NCBI GenBank assembly: GCA_964016885.1
Contig: OZ024740.1
Location: 306,342,001-306,406,000 of the forward strand
DNA from: Eledone cirrhosa
Lineage: Eukaryota
Reading direction: 5' to 3'
Length of the DNA stretch: 64,000 nt
The notes under the pieces are model-generated. The model was not told the origin of the DNA and did not search any database. It saw only the letters and a program-made list of their open reading frames with translations. The translations under genes and the position numbers were made by a program. This document shows positions 25,536 to 38,592 of the stretch, in pieces. The number at the start of each line of letters is the position of its first letter. Position 1 is the first letter of the stretch.

Positions 25536-26724
25536 CCAGTTCTGACTTGCAACCCTCCTTGCTAGCAGGGAAAGTAGTTGTTAAATGATAAAGATGATGA
25601 TATATTTATATGTGTGTGTGTATATATGTGTGTGTGTGTATATATATGTGTGTGTGTATATATGTGTGTGTGTATATATGTGGGTGTATATGTGTGTGTT
25701 AGATCCTTTCCATGAAAATACATCTTGTTTTTTAATGCACAAGTCTTGTCTTGCTGTAATCTCTTATCTTATATAACAAGTCTTATCGTGTTTCACACTA
25801 CCTTTCTTGGAACACACATTTGCTGTTACATCTTATGTTTTATATTACATAACAAATGTGATATAACATAAAATTACTAATCTTTATATATGTATACATA
25901 CAGACATACAGACATGTATACATACATATATACATATATACATGCATACATACATACATATATGCATACATGCATACAGACATACATGCATACAGATATA
26001 CATACATACATACATGTATACATGATGGCTGCAAACTCTGCTAAGAGTTTTGCAATCGCTTGTCAGATTATAGAGTTTGGTGCACTTTTAGGCTACGGCC
26101 AGCCACACAAACCTGTAACATATCCTGAACAAGCAATACCTGTGCTTTGAAGGTGTTTTAAGTGGGGAAAGGCCTTGCAGTTGGCCAATCCCACTCGCTG
26201 AGCATCGAAAACACTACCCGAAAAGGAGAACTGGTCAACATCATTCGATGCTTCCGAAGCCACAGGTTTTTTTCAGAGTTTCCCTCTCCTAGAAGGTGTT
26301 GTGACAACAACTGGGGGCCTTTCACTCCCAGGTGGGGGGAAAAAAAATAGTATTATTTGGATGGCCTTTGACTTTGTTGAGTTCCTCTGCCCTTTGCCGG
26401 GTCTTGTATTTCATCCAACAGAGTGTCTAAATATCACCCTCCTCACCAAGCAAGCTTGGTGGGGTTACTGGTTTAGTCGCCGATGACCCAACCATGAGAC
26501 AGGTTGTACTGGGTTACATGTTACCAGTAGCACTCAAGAGCGACCTGACATATACATACATGCATGCATATATATATATACATACATACATAATGGCTGC
26601 CCCCTCGTTATCGAGTATGGCCATTGCTTGATATACCATTATTAATAATTATTAATTGATTCTATCGTGCAATGCCTGTGCGTGAAGATTTTTTTTTAAA
26701 GTGAGGAAAGACTGTGCACTGAGT

Positions 26725-27459
26725 GACAGCTCTTACCTTCAACGGTAGCACTGCTCCTTTGAAGGAGGTTGAGGAGACTAAAGATCTTGGTCTGCTGGTC
26801 GACTCGTCCTTCAAACCATCAAAACATTGCATTCAAGCCGCAAACAAGGCAAGGAGCTCTCTTTTTCTTATTCAACGCTCCTTTGCCAAACTCACTCCAG
26901 AAATGTTCAGGCCTCTCTATGTCGCCCTCGTGAGAGCGCACCTAGAATATGGCATCCAAGCATCAAACCCATATCTCATCCGGGATATCCATCACTTCGA
27001 GAGAGTTCAACGACTAGCGACTCGAATGGTATAGGGTCTTCATGAGCTGCCCTACGAAAGCCGGCTGCAGAAGCTGAACGTCTTCTCCTTGGAGCGTCGA
27101 CGGCTACGAGGCGAACTCATTTTGGCTTACAATCTCTTCAATGGCCATTACAATCTCCCTCAAGATCTCCTATTCACTCCGGCACTTGAAAGGGGTCTAC
27201 GTGGACAGGACAAAAATCTGTTTCACTGCCGCTTTCGCCTAAATAGACGGAAAGCTGCTTTCTCGATCTGCATTTCTGGAACCTGGAATCGGCTTCCAGA
27301 AGAAGTAGTCAACACGCCAACCACGCAACATTTCAAGGCAAAATTGGACCGGTGTTGGACCTCTGTGTTTCCAACTGTGTAAATTTTGCCCCTCTCCCCT
27401 CCTTACATGGCATCTGAAGCATGTATGTTTTATTTTCTGCCAAATATATTGAATTGAAT
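26725..27459 (+). mobile_element. CR1-clade LINE (second family), 5'-truncated, with TSD
   Basis: KDLGLLVD, LY.ALVRAHLEYG, ERVQRLAT, LERRRLRG.LI, WNRLPEEVV; single in-frame TAG at 27032-27034; (ATTGA)n tail; TGAGT at 26720-26724 and 27460-27464. Confidence 0.93.
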
Positions 27460-28919
27460 TGAGTCAATCCCACTCTTTGAGCGACAGTAGCTATAACCCG
27501 AAAACAAGAAAAGATCAACATCATCGGTAACTACTGAGCCGCAGGTTTTATGTCGGAGTTATCCCAGTCTCTGAGTTGCCTTCTCCTAGAGGAATGCCCT
27601 GACAAAGGCTAGGGGTCCTTCACTCCCAGTGGTTTAACTGTGTGATCGGGTATCCAGCACGACTATTTCTATGTCCCTGTGCATATACATACACATGCAC
27701 ACATGCATATACATATATACATATACATACATATGTACATTATGTATATACATATTTACACATTTTTGGATGACCATTGACTCTTATGAGTTCTTCCACC
27801 CTTTGTCAGGTTTTGATTTTTGTCCAGCAGGGTGTCCAAAATCACCCTCTTCACCAATATATACATACATATATTATGTATACATGATGGCTACAATTCA
27901 ATTTTGAGTAATGCCATCACTTGATACTTAAGCATGAGCATCACGGACATCCATTCAGCTGGAAAAACTGTAATTCAAAGGACCAACCTTGGCTCACACT
28001 GTTTGTGCTGAATCTCCCTGAGAACTACGTTAAGGGTCACATTTCATGAAAAGCTGGAATATTCCTCATCAGACATAACATCAGTTCAACACATACATAT
28101 ATACCTTCATGTTTAAAATGAAGATGTAGTAACATATTTACTTTCATGGTACACAGAAACCCTATTGTCACCTATTCTCATGTCCCAAATAATGAGTTGG
28201 AAAATCGGTAATTTTTCTAGGTTGTCTGTTGATTTTTTTAATAACCAGAATTAGTTGTCTAGTTTACATATTGAGACTCCAACCCATTCTATATATTTTG
28301 TACCATATGGGATTTCTAGTAATGTACTTTTTTGTCATACACACAAACCACAACAACTGTTGGTGAAAAACTGAGAGTATCAGCAGGAAAGCTTCACTTG
28401 TAGTGTAGTTAGTTACTATAATGATATATATCTCTTTTTTTACACACAGTATTTTTCTCTCAACATTTTGTATGGGAAAAGTAATTTTGGTTTACAAGAT
28501 GACTAATGGCCTTAAGGAATGAATCAAGTTTGTGAACCAAGGTTCCACTGTACTATAAATCTACTTGATTTTATTCAGATAGCTACATCCCTTCTGTATA
28601 ACTATATGTGAAAGTTAAAAATCGACTCCTTTTGTAATTGGATCCCACAACTGTCCTATTTTCTGATTTATTTTGTTCCTAAATATGTTCCTAAAAATGT
28701 TTTTTTTGTGGGATATGAGCAATCTTGTCCATTTACTTCATGATTCCCTCAAAACTAGCAATTACAAAGTAGGTTATGCCTGGCTGATGAAGTCAGAATA
28801 ATACCAAAACTTATTCAGAGTTGTCTTTCATACTTTTTTAAAATGAACATAATATCAACCAATGACAAATACTGTTATATTCCCATTGCTACTTATTCAT
28901 TTTTTAGTACAATATGCCC

Positions 28920-29418
28920 ACACTGTTAAGTGGTCGTATATGTGACATGACAAAAAGTGCCCAGCCCACACTGTAAAGTGGTTATGCAGGTGTCATGACA
29001 AAAAGCACCCAGTTCACACTGTAAATTGTCATGTAGGTGTCACAATAAAAAGCACCCAATACACACTGTAAATGTGGTTGCATAGGTGTCACAACAAAAA
29101 GCACCCAGTCCACACTCTGTAAAGTGGTCGTGTAGCCGTCACAACAAAAAGCACCCAGTACACACTGTAAAATGGTCATGTAGGTGTCACAACAAAAAGC
29201 ACCCAGTAAAGTGATTGTGTAGGAATTACGACAAAAGCACCCAGCGCACACTGTAAATGTGGTTGGTGTTAGGAAGGGCATCCAGCCATAGAAACCAAGT
29301 CAAAATCAGTTCTATATAAGCAAGACATGGTCACCTGACCTGGCTTGTCTCACAATGAGACAGCTCCCTTTACTCATGCTAGCGTGGAAAATGGACGTTA
29401 AACGGTGATGATGATGAT
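28920..29418 (+). mobile_element. Family A-type SINE with ~7 divergent internal ~48-bp units
   Basis: Repeated aaaaagcacccag..cacactgtaaa, then the common tail ending in (gat)n. Confidence 0.85.
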
Positions 29419-29869
29419 ATTCATAAACAATAACTTTACAAATTAAGATTTTATAGTTATCTTCATTAGAGTCTACCATCCTAGTTTTTGACCTTAGTTC
29501 ACATACTACAGATTACTTCCAGTTCTAATTACAAAACCAATAACAACCCCCACCCCCACTACCTTCACCACTATCTCCACCACCACTACTGTTAGTGTTA
29601 TGTCATGTTTTATAGCATTGTTATATCTCTAGGCACACTACCATATAGACCTGCTAAAAATAGCAGCTAAATTCTCGAAAAAAATAACCTACCATTTTAA
29701 GTAAAAAAAAGACACATTGGCAACTATAAAAAGAATGGATGGTCACAGCTGGAATGCCTTTGATTATAAGTCTACTTGATCAGTGAGGATCTATGGTTAA
29801 ACAATAGTTCATTACTACACCTGTAGGTGCTGCTATCACTGCTGCTGCTTGCTTTTGTTGAGATAGTAA

Positions 29870-30310
29870 TGGTGATGGTGGTAGTGGTGATTGTGGTGGG
29901 GGTGGCAGTGGGGGAGGCGGCGGACGTGGAGGCGGAGGCGGCGGCAGAGGCGGCGGCGGTGACGGTGGTGGTGGTGATTGTGGTGCTGGTGCAGGGAGGG
30001 ATGGTGGTGCTAGTGCTGGTGGTGATGGTGGTGGATGTGGGGTGGGGCTGGGGGTTTAGTGGTGGGGGTGATGGTGATGGGGGTGGGGTGGGGGTGGGGG
30101 TTTAGTGGTGGTGGTGCTGGTGGTGGTGCTGGTGGTGCTGGTGGTGGTGGTGGTGGTGGTGATTGTGGTAGTGGTGGTGATTGTGGTGATGGTGGTGGTG
30201 GTGGAGGTGGTAGTGCTGGTGGTTGTGGTGATTGTGGTGGTGGTGGTGGTGGTGGGGTGGTGCTGGTGGTGGTGCTGGTAAGGATGATGAAAATGATGAT
30301 GATGATGCAA
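29870..30310. repeat. (GGT)n / G-rich low-complexity tract
   Basis: Direct inspection. Similar (CAC/CAT)n tracts at ~18870-19030, 23190-23360 and 34840-35040. Confidence 0.95.
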
Positions 30311-30510
30311 AAGGTGGCCTGAACTATACGATTGAGGATTGTCTTTAATCTACTTATTAAACAAGCAAGGCCAGATCAAATTAATAACACATCCAATTAC
30401 ATGTTTTGTTGCTATGAAGTCAGGCATACAGAAACAGTATTAAACATTGAAACAAATTTCAAATCTTCCATGAATCACACACACACAAATTCTATATGGC
30501 CAGTTATTAA

Positions 30511-30730
30511 CCCTTTAGCATTTAAACCGTCTTTCTGTTCAAACCGTCTGTAATCTCTTTCTGTTCAAACCAGCCGAAACTGACCACTTATACTGACGTT
30601 AAGTTATTGTTCTTAAAATAAATAATATCAAAATCTCATAGTTTCAGTATTATGTGAGATAATTATGTGAGGTAAAGCCTTTACCATGACAAAACAATAA
30701 TAAATATAGAGTAATGTAAATGCTAAAGGG
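30511..30730 (+). mobile_element. piggyBac-type MITE (P1), 220 bp
   Basis: Perfect 14-bp TIR CCCTTTAGCATTTA/TAAATGCTAAAGGG with TTAA on both sides (30507-30510, 30731-30734). Confidence 0.92.
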
Positions 30731-30757
30731 TTAACTCAGTTTTTGTAGTGTTCTTAA

Positions 30758-31200
30758 TCCTTTCATTACCATATTCCTAAAAGAATTTTAAAAATAATTA
30801 AAAAATTAGATTGATTTAATAAAGTAACTAACTTTTGCTATAATTGAACTTGAGTTTCGAACATAACCTAACCTTTTAGCATTTAAATTACTCTATATTT
30901 ACTACTGTATTTTTGAAGTTAAGGCTCTACCTCACATAATTACCTCACATAATATCAACTCTATGAGATTTTGATATTATTTATTTTGAGAACAATACCT
31001 TGATGTCAGTATGAGTGGTCAGTTGCAGCTGGTTTGAACAGAAAGAAGTGAGAGAATTCTGGAGGGATATGGCCAGTTTAAATGCTAAAGGGTTAAAGGT
31101 TCTTACATAAAAATATGGTGAAAGGTTATAATTTGAATATAGACAATGCAAAATGAGAGATTTTATATCATAGAATCATAGGCAGTTGGTACTGAAAGGG
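30758..31200 (-). mobile_element. piggyBac-type MITE (P2) hosting a nested P1 copy
   Basis: TTAA-TCCTTTCATTACC ... GGTACTGAAAGGG-TTAA. Related copies at 35641-35850 and ~21590-21813. Confidence 0.75.
30872..31092 (-). mobile_element. piggyBac-type MITE (P1), nested and inverted
   Basis: CCTTTTAGCATTTA ... TAAATGCTAAAGGG-TTAA; internal sequence is the reverse complement of 30511-30730 and 21998-22218. Confidence 0.88.
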
Positions 31201-32004
31201 TTAAGTAGGTGAGAGATAAATTTCCTCACCCTTTGGTGTCTCATATAGTAACATTTTTATTATGTCAGATTTGAACCAAATTCATTTGTTTCTGTAAAGT
31301 AGGAGTAGATATTAAAATGAAGTAGGTCTAACATATTTAATGTAGGAAGACAAAGGACAAAACATAATTAATTAAAATTACACTTATTATTGGCAGTATC
31401 GGTAGAGAGTTGGACGCCATGCTGTGACGCATAGAGTTACGGCCCTTGCCATTCTGTGTTCAAATCCCGCCGAGGTTAACTTTGCCTTTCATCCTTACGG
31501 GGTCGATAAAATAAAGTACCAGTAATCCACTGGGTAATAGCTGGCCTTGTGCCAAAAAGTAGAAAATTATTTCTTAAAAAAAAAAAGTCAAGGGAGATAA
31601 CTCTGAAATCTAAATTGATTAAAAATTAAATTGGGGCATGCAGTGAAGAGTGAAACTAATATTTGGCAAGTATACTGAAGAATAGTGTCATCTCAGTAAA
31701 GCACAGCCCTGTTCATACTTAATAGATCCTAGTGTGGACACAAGATGATCAAATGGTTAAGGAGTTTGATCCCACGGTGTGACATCTTGGACAAGTGTCA
31801 TATCCATTAGAGGAATTTTCTCAAGCTTTTGACAGAATCAGGATAGATATTTATCCAAATGGAAAGATCTGGTGAAATGAATAGCTCACAGAATTGGTGA
31901 TGTTGTTGTTATTGTTGTTGTTGTTGTTGTTATTAGAGTCAGCTGTGACTGCTGAAGTGAAATTTTAGGGGGTGATGAGTACCTTTTTTTATGGTGGCTC
32001 ATGG

Positions 32005-33059
32005 GTAGATGTTATTCATCTTGACTTTGCTAAAGCTTTTAATTCTGTGCCACACAAACGACTTATGGCAAAACTCTCTGCAATGAGTGTGATAGATGAT
32101 CTTTATAACTGGTTGAAGTCCTTTATTCTCAGTTGAAAAGAGATAGTCTTGGTTCTAGGACAGCATTCTTCATCCTATGAGATGACATCTGGTGTACCAC
32201 AGGGATCTGTGGTACATCAAGCTGTACCTTGAGATAAAAAGGACAGATCCTGTACCCTATAGATCTTTCCTGCAATCAGACCTGGACACAATGAAGCAAT
32301 GGATTACAGACTGGCAAGTCAAGCTGGCTGTGGACAAGTGTACCACCATGCATTTTGGGAGGAAAATACCCAGCTTTCACATACTCCCTCCACAACACCA
32401 ATCTCAAGAAAAAAAAAGTCTTCTGGTGAACATGACCTGGGCATTATTGTCAATGGCAATTTGCATTGGATAAAGCACATTTCTAAAATTGTCTAAAAGG
32501 TTGAGGGTGTCTTAGCATCACTCAGTAAGTCCTTTGTTTGCCACTGTTAAGCTATCTATTTAAAGCTGTATATGGCTATGGTACGTCCACACTTAGAATT
32601 TGCATCACCGGTCTGGAACTCCTATCTTGCTCAGAATATTGACCTCCTGGAAACTGTTCAGAGACGTCCAACCAAGCGAATACCCTCCATCAAGCACCTA
32701 CCATACTCCGAACGCCATGCTTCCTTTGGCATGGATACATGAAAGTTCTGACATCTGGCAACTGACTTAGTAGACACCCACAAAAGTATTAACAATCTTG
32801 CCAACAACAACCCTGAGCACCTTTTTGAATTCCATGTGTCTAGCTCCCATTGACATGCTTACAAAATCAGAAAACTGTACAGCTCCCATGACTTTCAGTA
32901 ACATTTTTTCATTCTCAGAGTTGCTGAAGCATGGATGGAACAAACTACCTGCATCGGTTGTTAGCTGGCAGGACACTGCATCCTTCAAAACTTCCATGCT
33001 TCCCGAAATTTACCAACATTACACCTGATATTCTCCCTCCATACACACATACACACATA

Positions 33060-33095
<36 letters not shown>

Positions 33096-33385
33096 TGTGT
33101 CTGTGCCTGTGTGTGGTATGTGATGTGTGTGTATGTATCATGACTCATACACTGTTCCCATTCCTAACTTTTGTACAGTTCCAATCCTGCCGAGGTTAAC
33201 TTTGCCTTTCACCCTTACAGGGTTGATAAAATAAAGTACCAGTAATCTACTGGGATAATGACTGGCCTTGTGCCAAAAGTAGAAACAATTATTCTATATA
33301 CTATACATGCACTTTTGGCCACCCTTTTCTGATGAGGTGTAGTGCACCTGAGCACTGTACACAATAATTTTCATTATTATTATAA
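32005..33385 (+). mobile_element. Decayed CR1 LINE (RT and C-terminus) with a SINE B insertion at ~33180-33290
   Basis: HLDFAKAFNSVPH, SGVPQGSV, LQSDLD, DKCTTMHFG, VRPHLEFASPVWN; many stops and deletions. Confidence 0.9.
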
Positions 33386-33851
33386 TATAGGACAGTGGAT
33401 TGGCAGTATCAGTAGAGGGTCGGACGCCATGCTTTGCAGCAAAGAGTTACGGCTCTTTATGGTCTGACTTCAAATCCCGCCAAAGTTAACTTTGCCTTTC
33501 ATCCTTACAGGGTCGATAAAATAATGTACCAGTAATACACTGGGATAATTGCTGGCCTTGTGCCAAAAGTAGAAACAATTATTATAATATAATTGAGTGC
33601 ATACATCACATAAAACAGAGTTAAATTGGCTAAACTGAGAGAATACAATGATGAGGTTCATCAATACAAAGTTAGCATTAAGTTTAATCCTCAAATAGAA
33701 TATCCTGTTTTGGTAAACAAACATCTTTCTTTCATTAGCTAAAATATTTTAATCACCAAAGAAATTTACAGGACAGTTGCTAAGCCAATGAGAGAGCTCA
33801 ACCCGCTAGAAATAGCAACCAAATCTCCCTCAAATTATATTTAGTCATGTA

Positions 33852-34043
33852 CGAGGGGGTGCTGAAAAGTTCCTGGCTTTGGATTAAAGAAAATACAGGA
33901 GGATCAGTTAATTATGATTTTATACAATATATTCCCCTCTCAGATTCACATACTAATTACAGTGGTCCTACCTCCCATGTAAAGGTAACCACTCTACCTT
34001 TTCACGATACCCTTAAAGCCAGGAACTTTTCAGCACCCCCTTG
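33852..34043. mobile_element. mariner-type MITE
   Basis: 29-bp TIR CGAGGGGGTGCTGAAAAGTTCCTGGCTTT (one mismatch) with TA on both sides. Confidence 0.92.
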
Positions 34044-35640
34044 TAGTTCTTGATACAATAGGCCTTTATATGGACACAGGACATGGCTGAGAGGTTAAGA
34101 AGTTTGCTTCAAAATCACTTAGCATGTCATCTAGGATGAGGGAAATTGGAGATACAGAAATTGTATGAAAAGTTGTGAATTAGGTTCAACATATAACTGA
34201 AAGGATGGCAGCGAATTGGCAGAGTCATCAGAACATAGGATAGAATGCTTTGTTGTATCCATATTCCAGCTCTCTGCTCTCTGAGTTCAAATCCTGCCAA
34301 GGTCAACTTTAGTTTTCATCCATTCGAGGTCAATAAAAAAGTACCAGTCAAATACCGGAATCGATTTTTCTTCTATATCTCTTTCTCACTTCCATTCTCT
34401 CACTCTCTATCCTTCTCTGGAAGAAATCTGCTGTATTCAGACCTGGAGAGGATGTGGCTCTACCAGGTTCTAAAATGCCCTAGAAATGCCATATATCAAT
34501 ATGGCACCCCTACTACTCCCTCGGGAGTTACAGGACCATCAATGCATGCATAACTGAAATGGTTAGCTTTGTCACATTATGTTGCACTGTTTTTGTATGA
34601 GAACTATGTTATGGGTTCTTATGTCTAGGAATACTCAACCACTTATATGTTAATATAATGAGTAAGATGTTTAGTTGATCAAATAGTTAAATGCTCATCA
34701 TAAAAACTGATGGAGGATCCTTCATCATGCCCTCCAAATATTTGAGATGGTCAATGCTGGGACATTTTTTATCATAAAGTTGATAAATCAAGGCTGTGTT
34801 AGAGATAAGCAACAACGTAGCTGTAGTATCTAGACAACCATGAACAACAACAACAACAGAACCATGACCAGCATCACCCACCATCACCACTATCACCACC
34901 ACCACCACCACCACCACCACCCACCATCACCGCTATCACCACCACCACCACCACCACCACCATCACCCACTATCACTACTATCACCACCACCTCCATCAC
35001 CCACCATCACTGCTATCACCAACAACAACAACAACAACAAAAACCAAATACAATAGCACTAACCTAGTCACTTCAGCCACAAATCCTGGTACCATAGTTC
35101 GCCATGCAGAGGACAAGAAGACAAGCAAATACTGGCACTTGTCCAGCCACTTCCTCTTTGCACCGGTCAGGTTGAGACCTCAGGTGTCCTCAGACCCTGT
35201 ACAGCTGACCTCCTCTCTAAAATTGGAATAACAGCAGCCCATCTGAGGAAGGAGCCCCACAAGGTGGGGTGGCTGTTGCAGCAGATGTCAATGGCTATTG
35301 CCCATGGAAACACCACTCTGACTTAGATGTAGAGTCTGTCACCCCCTCCCTTTCCCCTTTCATTGCTTAATAATCTTTGTCCTTTCCCTCCTCTTCCTCA
35401 TATTTAAAGTCTTTTGCAATGCTACTTTTCTCCTTTGATTGATTTCTATTCATTGGTTTCTTTTGAATATTTCATTGTATATATATATTACATAAATTGT
35501 GTTTATATCTACAAAATGGAATAAATAAAATATTACTTGCTAATAAATCTTCAAAGCACAGTTCAAGGAGAACTGATTATTTAATAACCTGCTTATGAAG
35601 CAGCTTCAGCTGCTAGAAATAGAAGTCAAATCTTCCCTAA

Positions 35641-35850
35641 CCCTCTAGTTACCAACCCAGCGAAAACCGGCTCTGGTTCTATGAAATAAAACCGCCCATT
35701 AGAATCTTCCAACATAATTTTATATAAGAACCTTACATGAAGTTACTATCTTTGTAATGAAATAATTGATAATTTTAGTAAATCCCTTAAAATTCTTCAT
35801 TAATTAATTAGAATAGAGTGTATTTCATTATAAATGTGGCCATGAAAGTG
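35641..35850 (+). mobile_element. piggyBac-type MITE (P2), degenerate
   Basis: (c)taa-CCCTCTAGTTACC ... GGCCATGAAAGTG-ttaa; shares ttttat.taagaacctt with 30758-31200. Confidence 0.6.
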
Positions 35851-36904
35851 TTAAGTTACACCTTACCAACCTTAAAAGTGGAGAGCATTTTAGATACATC
35901 TTGCTATACAAAATGATGGGATGGTTATGGCTGGTATACCTTTTGTCATATATCTATTTAATCAGTGTCATCATGGGTCTGAACAGCAATAACAACCTAC
36001 CATAAGATCTCTTTTTATACATAGGCAGAGTTAGCAAAGAGTCACACCCTACCATCTTTTATAAAAAAGGGAACAACACAAAAGGATAATATAGTACCAG
36101 ATATACAATGTGTATAGTTATGACTGGCTAGAGTTGGAACACCTTTAATCAGAGTTGCCCTGGAGCTGATCTGTAACTAAACATTAACAACACAAAGTCA
36201 ACAATGACAACAATTATACAGGAACAACTACACCACTAACATCTCAATTATTTTCCACTACAAACACCAACAATAGTCGCAATCCAATGAAGTTATCTCT
36301 ACATGGTCATTCAGTCTGCTAACAATAACAGTCAAATTGCCCACAAATTACACCATACTGTCACCATACTAGCTCGTCTAACCCATGCTAGCGTGGAAAA
36401 TGAACGTAAAACGGGGATGATGATGTCTTAAGAATAAAAAAATAGCTACATTTCATAAAGTAGTGCAAGATACAAGTTTTTTTTCTGAATAAAAGATGGC
36501 TACAGCTAGAATATCTTTGATCACAACTGAGCTGAAGCTAAACAACTATAGAACAACACAACCAACAATAGATCACTCAGATATACAGAACAGTATTGAA
36601 CTTTGGGGAAATCACAAGCGCAGATGGACAGTGTGCATCCATACAATTAATCACTGCATGCTAAATTACACAGTAGGATGCTGTTACTGTTTTCTCAGCT
36701 GGAGAGAAACAAGATATATATATATGAAGCAATAATAATAATGGTTTCTGATTTAGGCACAAGGCCAGCAATTACCCAATGCATTACTGGTGCTTTATTT
36801 TATCGACCCCGTAAGGATGAAAGGCAAAGTCAACCTCGGTGGGATTTGAACTCAGATCGTAAAGGGACGTAACTCTGTGCTGCAAAGCATGGTGTCATGC
36901 TTTA

Positions 36905-37750
36905 TAATAATGGTTTCTTTATTAGCCACATAGGGCTGACATTAAGCAAACAATAGAGACTGTACAGATCGATACAGTGTGGGGGGTTTTATGTGAAAAA
37001 ATGGTTAACAAACATTAGAAAATACTAACGAAAATAGATTCTCCAATAGGGGAAGATCTCTGAGGGTCATTCAAGGAGAAAACCCACAAAAATTCACGTC
37101 CACACAGTGTCCTCCTCCAATTTACATGTGCATACTCAGATCAGGCCCATTCATTCAAACCATGCTTGCCACTCTCACCCACCTTTCAACAAACTAGTTG
37201 GAAGGTAGCACTTCCCTCTCCACCCTGATTTTTTTCTTCAAGTGACACCTGAAAAAGTTAATCAAGGCTTTGCCAAAGAGGAAAGTGCTTGTCTTCAACC
37301 CTTTTAAACATGTCCACTACATGACCTCTTTCACCATGACCACCAGGCTGATAAAATCTGCCTGTCCTTCCTGGCTAAAGGAAGGCAGCAGGGTGATCTT
37401 CATGATGGACTCAGCTGACAGCTGGATTTACTCTACACATGATAGCAGGTATTTGACATAAACCCACAAGTCTGCAATACTCGGGCACCCAACTTTTAAC
37501 AATTATACTGGGAAAGAATACTTCAACTTCCACCTTCACCTTTCTTTCCGAGTGAAACTTGGAAAAGTCAATGAGGGCTTGCACAATTAGGAAAGTGTCT
37601 ATTTTCAGTCTTTCAGCCTTGCCCACTACACAAACTCTTTTGCCATAGTCACCAGACAGATACCTTTTGCCCAATCTAGTTAGCTCCACAAGTAAGCTGT
37701 AATACCATTGACTTGTCTGCATTGATCTTTACTGTTGCCATCACCTCATA
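36905..37750 (-). mobile_element. Decayed L1/Tx1-like LINE 3' region; C-terminal motif appears twice
   Basis: ALINFFRCHLKKKIRVEREV...FVERWVRVA and ALIDFSKFHSERKVKVE on the minus strand, ending near an AATAAA and (ATT)n. Confidence 0.6.
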
Positions 37751-38112
37751 TTCCTTTAAAATGGTGCCTACTATTCCTCTACTAATATATTCATCTCTAT
37801 ATTTGAAGTTTTACATTCATGTATATGTAGACCCCCTCGATCACAAATGACCATGATTTTGCATCTAGAAAGTTCACCTCCAAGGCACAAGCCTGGGCAA
37901 GGTGTGTTGTGGAAGAGCAGCTGTTGCCCATGCAAGCCAGTATTCCTTCTCCATGCCTCCGATGTTGTCCAAGGAAAAGGTAATGGCCAATACAACACAA
38001 GTGACATCACAATTCATTTGTACAGCTCAGTGGACTGGAGCAATGTGAAATAAAGTATTTTTCTCAAGAACTCAATGCAGTGCTCAGTCCAGGATTCAAA
38101 CTCACAACCTTG

Positions 38113-38592
38113 AACACCTTGTTTCCCTGGGCATGGATTCATTGAAGCTCCGACGTCTGGCAATGGACTTGGTAAACACCCACAAAGTTATTAACCATCT
38201 CGCCAACAACAACCCTGAGCACCTTTTTGATCTCCATGTGTCTAAAACACGTGGGCATGCCTACAAAGTCAGAAAACAGCACAGCTCCCATGACTTTTGA
38301 AAACATTTTTTCACGCTTAGAATTGCTGAAGCATGGAACAAACTGCCTGCGTCAGTTGTTAGCTGCCGAGACACTGCATCCTTTAAAACCCTCATGCTTC
38401 CCGAAATTCGCCAAAACTACACCTGATGTCCCCCTTCCATACACATGCACAAATGTGTATATCATGACTCATGCACTGTTCATTTTCCTGGCGTTTGTAC
38501 ATTACCCTATGTACTATACATACACTTTTGATGATTTGTAGTGCACCTGAGCACTGTACACAATATTTTCATGATTCATTATTCATTATTCA
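38113..38592 (+). mobile_element. CR1 LINE 3' fragment
   Basis: Homologous to 13860-14287, with the same hairpin tail. Confidence 0.9.

Noticed and set aside
27535-27680. Possible HDV-like ribozyme in RTE 5'UTR-like sequence
   Set aside because: I could not build the nested double pseudoknot by eye; unsupported without a structure search.
28140-28215. Minus-strand IIWDMRIG peptide resembling a WD40 repeat
   Set aside because: No acceptor, and stops immediately upstream; more likely chance or a decayed TE.
29827-30322. Gly-, Val- or Thr/His-rich ORFs (also 18612-19034, 23161-23385, 34687-35067)
   Set aside because: Trinucleotide microsatellite translations without splice or homology support.
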